Shown here: one piece after another, positions 12,878 through 24,900 of the stretch
Position numbering within the stretch: position 1 is the first letter of the stretch
Layout: every line of letters starts with the position of its first letter
Source of the DNA: Parasitella parasitica NRRL 2501
Taxonomy: Eukaryota > Fungi > Mucoromycota
DNA: 48,700 bases
Direction of reading: 5' to 3'
Assembly (NCBI GenBank): GCA_025201805.1
Contig: MU619412.1
Location: 1 to 48,700, forward strand
Position numbers and translations under genes: made by a program
Notes under the pieces: model-generated
What the model saw: the letters and a program-made list of their open reading frames with translations, nothing else
Databases searched by the model: none
What the model was told of the DNA's origin: nothing

Positions 12878-14035
12878 ATGGTGGCGCCTATGGAGATAAC
12901 TTTTTTGGGTACTGGCAGTGCTCAGCCAAGTGCAACAAGAAATCATCAAGCCATTGCATTGTGTGTGGACGGCGATATTTGGTTATTTGATTGTGGAGAA
13001 GCAACACAGCATCAGCTCCAGAAGAGTAAACTTAAAATGGGTAAAATTACCCGCATATTTATCACACACATGCATGGCGACCATTGCTTTGGTGTAGCGC
13101 CTCTTCTATGTAGTATGACAGACAACTTGAATCCTGCAAACAGCACAACCACAAAAGATCAAAAGCAGACTCCCGTTGACATTTACGGCCCTACACCCAT
13201 TCGTTCTTGGTTAAGGACAACGCTCAAATCAACTTATTCTAATTTAGGAAGACCTTACCGAGTGCATGAGCTTTTGAATGAAAATGACCCTGTAGATCTG
13301 AACGAGAATCTTCACAGCAGCGAGTTACCTGGCGAAAATATTCTAATAGACGATAATGCTTTTACGCTTCCTTTATTTGCATCTGCTGAAAAAGGTTACA
13401 GTGTACAAGCTGCGCCAATTGAGCACTCAATCCCGTCCCTTGGCTATGTAATACGTGAGCCAGATTGGCCTGGCAAAGTTAATGCATTGATTCCACAAAT
13501 CAAGAAGAACATGACGGCGCTGAAAAAACAGGGCATCTCAAACCCGATGAGTTTATTAGGACAATTGCAACGCACCAATCGACCTTATACCTTGCCTGAC
13601 GGACAGCAGTTGATTCCACCTCCTCTTCGTCCTGGTCGCCAAGTTGTGATTCTGGGTGATACTAAAGACCCTACTCCTATTCTGTCAATAGCAGATTCTC
13701 CCACCTTATTAGTACATGAAGCCACCAATGCTTTAACACGACTAGATACTCTCAATGTTAAGGAAGAAGCTATTCCCACGTTGGATCAAGTGGAACAACG
13801 AACAAAAGATCACGGACATTCAACACCACAAATGGCAGCTGCGTTTGCTCTTAAAATCAAATGTAAAAAACTGATTTTGACACATTTCAGTGCTCGTTAC
13901 CGTGGAGACGAATCACAAGAGGCATTGGATATAATGGAGGAAATTAGGCAATTAGCTGTTGGTGTGTTCAACCAACGAGATCAAGACGTCTATTGCGCTC
14001 GAGATTTTTGGTCATATGATATCAAGATAGATTGA
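12878..14035 (+). CDS. Ribonuclease Z, short form (tRNase ZS / ELAC1-like metallo-beta-lactamase)
   Basis: FLGTGSAQPSATRN, FDCGEATQ, THMHGDH, HSIPSLGY, ILGDT, HEAT, HST and LTHFSARY motifs in a single ~385-aa domain. Confidence 0.92.
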   Translation: MVAPMEITFLGTGSAQPSATRNHQAIALCVDGDIWLFDCGEATQHQLQKSKLKMGKITRIFITHMHGDHCFGVAPLLCSMTDNLNPANSTTTKDQKQTPVDIYGPTPIRSWLRTTLKSTYSNLGRPYRVHELLNENDPVDLNENLHSSELPGENILIDDNAFTLPLFASAEKGYSVQAAPIEHSIPSLGYVIREPDWPGKVNALIPQIKKNMTALKKQGISNPMSLLGQLQRTNRPYTLPDGQQLIPPPLRPGRQVVILGDTKDPTPILSIADSPTLLVHEATNALTRLDTLNVKEEAIPTLDQVEQRTKDHGHSTPQMAAAFALKIKCKKLILTHFSARYRGDESQEALDIMEEIRQLAVGVFNQRDQDVYCARDFWSYDIKID

Positions 14036-15343
14036 AAAACTGCATTGACTGATGAGTAGTCATTCGTCTTCTGTATTCATCCATTAGTCCGTTGGTCCTT
14101 TAAGTTACATAGAATTTACGATTGCTAATAAACTGATTTCAAGTGTATTTATGAGCTAATCGATTTAAAAGATTTAACTGCCTGATTATATTCAGCATAT
14201 CTTATCGCACACTCCTTCTAATGAAAAGTCACTGCTTGGACAAAAAGTTATTGAGTTGAGAATTAGTTACGACCACAAAGTCAATTGACTTTCAGGTCAA
14301 TGCTGACATCCGCATCACAATAACGCTGTTTAGCAGATCCTTTAAAAATAATTACAAAATAGTAACCATATAAAGGCTTAGATAGTAACATCTACGGATA
14401 TGATATTTATTGTTGGCAATAAGAAGTAAGCTACAGGTTTTAATTGAACCTCTTGCAAGATTCTTGGCTTATTCAAAAATTACATCAAGATCAGACCGTG
14501 GGATGTCGGGAAGACTTCTTGCTCACATCTTCTCTTTATTGTAAAATAGAAAAGGCCTGTTCCTGGAAATGCTGTGATTTAATAATGTTTGACACTTCCT
14601 GTCAAACATCAGATGTTACGTGAATAAACATCGTGATTAGGATATATTTTAGTATAAGTAGAGATCATATCTTATGTCAATAAAAGTCTTCAGTTTTATA
14701 TCTGGTTTTATTCAGACAAAGTCTTATTTGCTTCTTTCATATAACATGTACACAGCATTTCGCTGCGCCCTTTACACTGGCACAACAAGTATGAATTTTT
14801 AAAAAAAGTTTGGATCACCAAATATTGACAATGTGTGGCTATTACTGATATAACTACTCAAATCTATTCGACTGAGAGCCCTTTCTATGATCTTTGTACA
14901 CTGAGCTATGTTTCTGCTGCTTTTTTTCCCTGCTTTATTTTATTACGTTTATTTACTTTCGTAACGGGCATATACATACTTTTTTTTGGTTATCCATTAA
15001 ATATCAAGCGACGGGTCAAGCATTAGATATAGGTCATATCGTTCGTACGTCATTTTTATCTTTCACGGTTTTTACTATTGAATACGAATATGATGTGCTA
15101 TCACTCTGTAATGTATATCATAAAAAGCTAAAGTACCAGTAATTTTTTATATGCTTTACAGCTACCACCGTACTCCAGCACTTGCTTTGTCTATAGTTAT
15201 GATTAGTCTTACATTACTGTATAAGATCAAGTAAAAGGATGGAGAATTTAATATTAGAGCTTATTATAGCGAAAGATGAGGGGTGTTCTATTTAAATGAT
15301 TGAAGATTAATGTAATATATGTATAAAAATAAGAGTGAGAAAG

Positions 15344-16448
15344 TTATTGTTTGGGATTTTCGTAAGTTAAGACGGTACCAAAGACATAATCCCATAGTTT
15401 TGAAGTGATGCCGAAACCACTGTTGAAATTTTTATAGTGGTGGGCAACATGATATTTCTTTAGTTCTTTGAAATAGATTTCAATTACTTTTGCATGATGC
15501 AGATAGTAATGAATCATATCATAGCAAATATACCCAAAAAACGTACCACCCACAAATGCAAATGCAAATGCAGGATAAAATATGCCATGGGCTATTTTGA
15601 AAACAGGAACACTCAAAACCACAGTTAAAGCTGGCGGCATGACCAATCTTAAGCTATACATCACATAACATTAGGAAAAGAGAAAGAAAATAACGTTAAA
15701 GAAAGACTTACCGGTCCATTGGCATATGATGATGAATACCGTGCAATGTAAAGTGAATCAATAAAAACATGGGGTGATCAGGTAACAAATCATCCAAATG
15801 AAACAAAAATCTATGAAGCACGTATTCAAACAAAGTCCAGAAAAAGATACCGCTGACAAAACCTTGTGATAAAATCTCGATAGAACTACCAGAGCAATGA
15901 AGAGATCTCCACACCTGATAACACACAAAAGGGAGCCATACCATAGGTACCACAAACCAATTGGTTTTAGACAGCATGTCCAATATTGGGTGGTCAAAAT
16001 AAGGTACACAGTAAGGTGTATATCGAGGTCGATGCACTTGTTCCAAATAGAACTCTTTTGAATACGTAGCATTCCATAGTTGTGGGAACAAAGCCTTGCG
16101 AAGATCCAAAAAATGTTCATCGCGTTCAGAGCCAACAGCAGAACTAGTCTTGGCTTTTTGATCCTTTACTTTTAGATTATCTACTGTTGCATCCATTTCG
16201 TCTTTAACAAGATCACCGATGTAATGCTCTGTCAAAAGATCATAAGCAGCATCAGAATGGGTATGATAATTAATATCGTCCAAAACAAATGTAATGTCAG
16301 TGCCAGCATATTCCATCAGTATACCGTCGCCACCAGGGTGGTCTGCCAAGAAACTAGTAATGTCGTATACCTTGTCATTTACTATCACCCAACAAGATTC
16401 TTCAGTGTTGTTCTCTTTGACCTGATACCTTGTTATCTTGGTTGCCAT
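15344..16448 (-). CDS. SCS7: Sphingolipid fatty acid 2-hydroxylase with N-terminal cytochrome b5, 2 exons
   Basis: HPGG heme motif, EYVLHRFLFH, HGIHH..PMD.LRLVMPP, YDMIHYYLHH, KKYHVAHHYK, GFGITSKLWD; intron 15711-15654. Confidence 0.95.
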
Positions 16449-16625
16449 GGTAACAATAAACAAATAATATAAAAAAGTGAGAAAAAAGAGGAGGAGACCA
16501 GAAGAGTAACAGTTATTTATTTGATACTATAACGAACGGCTATTATTGGTGATACTGTGGCGACGGATTACATTAAATGACCGAAAATAAGCTTTCGTCT
16601 AGGTATTGTAGTATCATGAATTGTC

Positions 16626-18862
16626 TTACAGTCCTCCTGGTAAATTACTATTGAAAACAGATGTTTTAAATCTGACACATTTTCTGGTTTCAGGGGTAAC
16701 TTTTGCCTCACTTACCATTTTTCGGATATACGTGAATGGGGATAGTAAACAGTCCAAGTAAAATCTGAATGAAGGAAGCTTCCTGGGTTTATGCAATGAG
16801 TTCCTTCGTAAGTGATGCCGTAATTTTCGCACTTGTCTGCTATAATTAACTGGGTTTATATATATTAGTGGAACAGTCTACCTTTCAGTGTCATAAACAT
16901 ATAGATATATACTCACAGCGTGTGGTAATGGATATAATCTCAAAGCATTATCAAATGCCCAGGAAATAGGTTTTATAGATAACGGCAGTGGACTCAAATG
17001 ACCCTGATCCACAATGGTATGTACAAACTATCATAACAAATAAGAGAAATGTCTTTTTTTTTTTTTCTTTTCCAGCGTTAAACCACATAATCTTACATGT
17101 CTAATTGGCTCAGGATCTTGTTCTAGATTTGTTGTTAATAAAGTATTTCTCCATAATTTCTGCAACCAATCTTCTCTAAATATAACAATATCCTGTGTGC
17201 AGTATCGAATTCGGCAAGGATTAGTTGTAAATGTCACTTTTCTTGCTTTTTGTCTAACACGATTTACGAAGCTAGGCAAAATGGGTCTTTGCGGTAACGA
17301 CTTTCCTGCCCATGGATCCTTTGGACCAGGAACAAATACCCAGTTTGAATGCGTTGCCAAGTCCGGAAATTCACTGATCAAATCTGCAAGTGCCGAGAAA
17401 TTATCTTTGTATTCATCTGAATCTGATCCTGCATATACAAATGATTTGCTTGAGAAGTTGCCTATCAGGATGAAAGCTAGCGGCACTTGTGAGGTAGAGT
17501 AGCCTTCAAATATGATCCTCAAAGCTGCCATAACGTTGGGCTGGTCCAGGTAAACATCGGATAAGATGACAAACATAATTTCTTCGCTTTTGGTTTCCTC
17601 TATTTTCAGTAGTTTCTATAGGGATTGATTAACATAGCCACCCTAGTCCATGCAGTCAAGGCTTACTTCATCTACAAGTGGCTTTGGCAAGCCCATAAAA
17701 TCGACATGATTGAATAACGCACTATATTAATCGCGTTGGTTAGTGTTGTATAGTATAGCATAATGTGATAACTTTTATGTTACTCGGTCATTTCACGATT
17801 TTCAGCAGGCGGTAAATTGATTTCCTTGACATAAAATCTATGATCTCTATATATTCCCTCCACCAATACAAATGCACCATCTGTGAATAAGCCGTAATCG
17901 TATTCCTACAAAGGCTATGAGTATCAAAGTTGACATGAGGTAAATCCGTCATACTAACAGCCTCGTGAATAATCAGTTCTATGTGAGCGTCCTCGTCCTC
18001 CAAATGCAATTTTCCCTCTTCTACTTGTGTAAGCATACCGAACATGACAAATTCTTCTTCGTCATGACCAATTAAAGCTTTGATAGGTGTAATCTAGTAT
18101 CCATGGTGTTATTACATAGATGCACAGTTACAATGTATGCTATTAGACGATCACTTACCTTGATAATATCGGGATTGGATGAATCAGACATATTTGGAGG
18201 ACAAAAGTTCTCGTTTCTCATTAATCTCTGCTTTACAAGTTTGTATCTTTCACGGAACATGTCTCCCTTTTCATGTGCTTCCGGTAGTAGGCTAGGTTTG
18301 TCTTTGCTCCTAAAAGTAATCAAGCAAAAGTTAGACGTTCTTCACAGTGAACTAAAATGAAGAAAGCCTACTTGTGGAATGATCTTGTGAGTTCATCATA
18401 GACCAGTCTGGGTAAACTGAAAGCACCAACGACATGAAAGTGTTGAGTAACATCTACTTTTTCCATAGGTGCTTCTTCGATAGACATGTCTTGCAAAGAG
18501 TCGTTGATTGCCTCGTCTACTCTTTGAAACGGTGTCAGCGAAGCAGCAATGGCTGCTGAACTCTGCATTGTAGTAATGACTTCTCGAACAGTGGCTTCAT
18601 TCACAATAACAAGCGTTTCCTCTATAATTCAAGACCCATTATTAAATTTTGGACGCTTGATTTACCGTGTTCTACACTACTTGCCGTTGTAACGCTTCTT
18701 GTAAGCCCTGATAATTCTCTCCAATGTGTCTACCAAATCATCATCCCTTTCTAACAGGCTCTCGAGATACTTTGCAGCGTCGGTTTGGACATGCAATCCA
18801 TACTTTTTCGTAAAGATGTTGTATACAGCACGTTTGATTTTATTTTTGGTATTGATTGCCAT
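16626..18862 (-). CDS. DPB2: DNA polymerase epsilon subunit B (multi-exon)
   Basis: MFRERY...[81 protein letters not shown]; last exon ends CNLPGGL*. Confidence 0.93.
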
Positions 18863-18944
18863 AATTTTTATTCATATAGAACAAGAAGGAGGTTTTTTAT
18901 CTTGGAATCATTCGCGTATATAAAAGTAAGTCAGGACGCGTTGA

Positions 18945-21900
18945 TTAGATTTCCGATATGCTTGCATTTCTAGAACGATAGCCTGGGCCAAACAGTATTT
19001 GGCTGTTCTTGGTCAATTCATCAGTAGTGTGGCTTTCATGCTCTGGTTTATACTTTTGCATATAAAAATCCAGTAATTTTTGGTCTACATTATGCGATTC
19101 TTTCTTTTCAATGGTCTGTAATTCGGCGAGTCTCTGTTGCTCCTCTTCTGGATCTACCGAATAAAGTGATTTGACATCATTCTCTATGCCATCATCTTCG
19201 ATATCATCCTGTCCATGTATCGAAACAGGCCGACTAGTAGGAGCGCCATAAGCATCATCATCTCCACTATAAATAAATGAGTTGTTCATTAAATCAACAC
19301 TAGAGTGCAAGCTAGCGGAAGGAGATAGTTTTGATGTCGTGTTTGAAGTTCTCTTTAATGCAACTTGCTTGTCTCTGCTATTTTTCGTCAATAGTTTCTT
19401 TTTAAGCAAGGCTGGACTATGTCTGAGAATGGCTCTTGTCAACTCTATACATGTCGGTCAAAAAACTGTATTATAAACACTTATCATGCCCTTACGTTTT
19501 TGTATCTCTTCTATCATTTCAGCAGCGGACCATGTTTTGTTTCTATATTCGAGTTTAGGTTGTTTGAAAGGGAAGTTGTACAGATTGTAAAACGTGTTCT
19601 GAGATGGTCCCTGGAAACTGATGCAATGTTTAGCAGCAGGAATGCGAACATAGATGAAGGTGCGATTTGTTGACGATCTCTTTTTCATCACTGTCAGTTC
19701 ATCTGCTTTTCCTTTGCGCTTTTTGACAACAGTCTGCTTCACTTTTTTCGCTATTAAATCAAGGTTAGCGAAGCTGCCTTCTCTTTTACCAAACGAGTGA
19801 ACACTCGCATCATTGCTATTTGTTCTTGATATAGTTAAATCGTCCACTGCAGCTTCATCGTCGTAGTCGTCTTCCTCGTCTTCTTCTTCGGATAACATAT
19901 CTTGGTCTTGTAGGTCGTCTTCTGAATGATTGGAACTCTCTGATGCTATTCTCGGGAAGAAATAATCCTTCATAGCAGTGCCAAAAGCAGTGCTTATCTG
20001 TACGTGGAGAGGCATCAAGTTGATCTCGAGATGCTGGATGACAGGTATCCCCCCAACAGGAGGAAGCGTGTCTAGCACACCACTCAACATTTTGTAGCGA
20101 GAGAAATCAGTCTCTGGATCTGCAGATGTGGAAGGATCAATGTAAGCATCCACAACATTGACAAACACTGGGGATTCTGTTGTATTTTTGACGTGAAATT
20201 TATCCACTTCAACCGTGCTCTTGTGCGATCCGTTTGACTTGTCTAATTGAACATACTTTGTATTGATCAATTTCCACTCGCAAAGCGAGCTCTGGTTTTC
20301 ATCGTCCATGGTTGCTTCCCAAATAATCTCGTTGGATGTAAAAATAAACCGTTTGGCACTGTCAGTTTCCTCCAAATGTACGTCTTTCCTAAACGTTCGA
20401 ATAGACCGAATAGCCTCGACTACCATGTACAGCTTCTCTAAACTTTCACTCAGCTTCTTTTTGTTCTTGTTGAATTCACGTAGACCCAGCGGATCAAGAT
20501 ACGGCAATTCGCTCAGGAACCGGCTATGCATACCAAGAAGATACCGCGATCGATTTTGCAAGACACCTACTTGTTTAACAGTTTCAGCCAAATCACTACG
20601 CTCTGCTGCCAACATGACATCCTGGAACTTGTTTAGTTTTGTCTTCTCACGTGGTGATCTATTATTGCCAAGCACCAGATGAATCGCTGTATAGTACAAA
20701 ATATGACTCTGTAGCGAGTTGAGTACGATTTTGACATGCGGAAAATGCAGCTGGATTGTATTTGTGCGATCTTCAAACGGACTCTTGCGAGATGTGCCGT
20801 TGTCCTTGTTAATCTTGATACGAAGATGATTGTACAGATCTAACTGCATGGTACCTGATAACTGTGATGCTATTCTTTGAAAGTTTTCAAAACACTTGAT
20901 ATCTCGATAGTACCACAGCTGCTCTGGTTGTGTCCACGCTGCCCAATGTCGTTCTTGAAATTGGCCATAACAGTTTCGTGCCAGGGAATGATAAGGGTGT
21001 GTCTCATCAATCTTTTTAGCCACCAAAAGTTGAGCATTGTGCAAGCCTGCGATGATACGGCTCTTGACCAGTCGAACATCTTTATCAGCAGCGCCGCCTA
21101 CGCTGGTGTCAATGATACGAAAACCTTTAATATGGATTCTCTCATTAGTTAGCAGTACTAGATGGTCAAGACCCTCTTCACTTTGGCAGATAAACTGCGG
21201 GTTGATCATATCAATCAAATAGCCGCTTTGCATTTCATAGCAATCAGGAACATTCTCGTATTGATAGTCTGGATCATTGACGTTTTCACTACTATCATCC
21301 AAGACATAAATGCCATCGTAAGTGCTGCCTGTTGTGCTGGATGCAGAGTTTATGCTTTTTTTTTGCTGCTTTTTGCCTTTTTCACGTTCATGATAAGCAA
21401 CGAAATTTTTTGGACGTTCGGATAATAGTCTATCGATCAATGCTTGCGTTGTGTTTATATCATCTGAAGAAGGGGATGATGTCGGTGGTGTATTTGCGTT
21501 AGATGCGGATGTGGTTGCTGCATTGGGAGCATCCGGCTTCCATTGCTGCTGCTTTTCTGCCATTAGAACTAGATCGTCCAAGAATTTGAGACATCGTGCG
21601 GAAAGATTGTAGGCTTCAAGCGATCTATCCGTGTAAATTTTCCTTAGGTGGTACACTGAGTCTCTAACAGAACTGTTCCAAATAATTTGTGGATTGTAAA
21701 CAAAGCAACGATCTTTAAACCGGCCCATTAACGCTTCCCATCTGGACAATTCATCTCTGCGGCCTATAGAAGAGGTTGTTGTTTGAGGCGAATCTCGGCC
21801 ACTGCTTGGATCTGACGTGGTCATGTTTAATTCAGTTTCTAGTATCAGTTGAGCAATGTAGTTGTGCAACATGTATCTCTTGACTCTAAGATTGTCCATC

Positions 21901-24900
21901 TTCTGCTTGAGTAAATCATACTACAAAAAAAAAAAAAAAAAAAATCAGTCAGTATGATTAGGCCGCTGATAAAAATGCGCAGATGCTTACCTCTAGTGCA
22001 AGGTCTTTTTTTTCATTCTTGTAGACATTCATGGCGTGGAGAATGATGTCTAGTTGCTTGTCGTGGTTCTCAATAACTATATCAAGATCTGCTGCGCGTT
22101 GATTCAAATATGACTTTTGGAATTCATGGCTATCTATTGATGAACGCCGTGTTAATTTTATCTAAACACTAGAGCCGAGTTATCATACTTACCCATGCCA
22201 TTTTTAATAGTACATTCGTGAGTTCTTCTTAGATAGTCCCTCTTTTCAGCGCCAGGCTCGTCATGTTGTTTATTATAATAAAATAGCGGCGAAAATGCAA
22301 AGGGAAACACCTCAATCTTGGATTGCGACAAAGGAGGAAGTTGATGGACAGCGTCTAGAATCACAAAATCCTTAGCATCAATCCATGGGAAACTGTAATG
22401 GTTTTCGTCATCAAATGAAGGGGCATCGTGAGGGCGGTAGCTCTGCTCTTCACTGTAAATTGTGGAACCAGAAATCGATTTTGCTGAATAAGATCTGGAA
22501 GGCGCCTTTGATCCATTTGCGCTTTTACGATGATAAGCTTTAATTACTCGTAAATCAATATCTGAAAGCTCTACTTCAGCCTCATGTAAAACAAATGCTG
22601 TCTTTACTGGTTCGTCTATTGATGATAATTCCATGCTGTTTGGTCGAATTACCTCTTTCCTGGAGTGCATGTCCACACTAAATGTACTGACTCTAGCCTT
22701 CATTCCAGCCGATACACCACCTTTCATATTAAGATAAGTTTCTTGATCAGATATCAGCATACCAATTGCCAAGGGATTAATTTCAATCTTGTACTTGATT
22801 GTATTCAGCAACTCGCCAAATGGTTTAGCCTTGGCTTCGGTAGTGGGAAACAGTTTTCCTTGACGAATAGGTATAGATACAGGGCTGCCAAAAAGCCTAA
22901 TCCATTTCTGAAAGTGGGTTATAAAGCATGGGCTAAGGTACATAGCATTTTGCGATACATTTCCACTGTAGTTAAAGTAAGGATCATCTTTTGAAAAGTC
23001 TGGAGACTGCAAGGAGCCACAGTTACTATCTAACTTGACCATGCTGAATGATAAATGAATGAAATCAGAGCGAAAGCCTCTAAAAGCATCGTATGAAGTC
23101 TATGTGTAGAATGAAAAGAAGTGTGAGTAAAACGAACATTTTGAAAACCCTAAAATACAGCGTCATTTATGTACCTTGTCGTAATGTGCGTTCACATACT
23201 GGGCAGATTGATACAGCACATTATAATGTGGCATAAACACTTGAGATCGACACCGATCAAGCACATGAGGGTCCTGGTACTTGCAGTTGATACACAGGGT
23301 GTTGTTGCTTGCATCTTCACCATGGCAAGATAGTCTTTCATAGCTTAAGCCAATGCCCATACGGAAACCGTCTGATAATTTCAAAATAACCTTGAGGAAT
23401 ACACGATTACCATCGTCAATTATCCTATCCTGCTTGTGTGGCAGCGAATCCGGTAGTTGAGGAACGAAACCGCTGTGGATCAAATCTGGAACTCCAAAAG
23501 TGTAGCTTTCACTAATAATTTGCATAAATTCGTTCTGGTCATTCTCATGCCCAAGTAGCCAAACAACACCATCGCTCCAGATTTTAGCTATACCAGCTCC
23601 TCTTTCTGACAGCTGGTAAGGATCTCTCGTCCCTTTCACAACCAATGCCAATTTACCGCCGCCAGAGAATTGGATCTTGATTTGAGAATGAATCATGAAG
23701 CGAACCTTGTCCCAAAAGCCAATGCGTGGCGATGGATCCACTTGTGCAGGCGTCAGATTATCAAGCACACGCAAAATGTCTTGAATGGCAGGACTGTAGG
23801 AAATAGACCAACATATCATAGACGTGCCTTGAGCAAATACATGATAATCAATGACAGAGTAAAATTTGAGTGGAGATGCAGTGCGGACAGCTGATAAGCG
23901 GTAGCCAGTAGATGCGGATGGTATGATGACAATAGGAATGATACGACTACCACCAGAATTGCCTAGTTCATCGCCAAGTACATAATCACCTTCCAAAGTC
24001 CAGGCGATTTGACCGGCTGCTGAAGGAGGGACATATAGCAACGGTAGAGAATAGTCCCGAATCTTGATCCACGTTTTCGATGCTTTGATAGACAGATGGA
24101 ATGGAATCAAGACTGAAAAATTGTTATTAAGCGGAACACCACTACCAACCATCTGCACGAATGAACGGGTTTCCTCTAGCATAAAATCAGCAGACTTAAA
24201 GGCAACTTTGGCATATTCAACTGTAAAGTTGGCTAAAGGAGGGTAAAGAGGTCGAGGCACAATGTCAATGGTGAATGTTTTAGACAGCAAGAATCGGTCA
24301 TGTCGACGGCTGTCACCATCGTCTAACGCTCGGTCTATATCTTCTGAGGTTATCGAGTTTCTATAGTTGTTTTTGATATGCAACGCCTCGAAGAACTCGA
24401 ATTCTTCCGAATTGGTTTCGTTGATGTGCTTTATCCAGAATCCAGAGTAAAATTCAAGCAAATTCTTTTGAGCTTCGGCAATTTGAGCATATATCTCTGT
24501 GTTGTCTGTTGTTGTCGCGTTGATGGTCGCGGGTAAAGTGCAAATTGGCTCCAGTTCTTCGGTTGCTTTAGTTTGCTGGTATATAGAAGAGCCGGCAGAT
24601 CCTGTTTCCGGGGTCGAATATGGCGATGTAGAATGCAACATGTCATAAATCTTATCATCCAACGCTTCTCTATACGCCAACCTTCTTTGCTGCTCTTGTA
24701 GGCCTGTTCTGAAGATGTTCCTTAGCTTAGCTTCAAAAGGATCGTCATCAAAATGGACGCTGAACACTTTGGCTTGAAGCTTAATATGTGGGATTTCAAC
24801 TGGATTATTCTTAACAGAGGGACCAAAGTAGGTAAACACACGCCTGTACGGGTCCTTCTCCAAAATTCTTGCATGCAATTCTTTGATCGCTTTGATTAAC

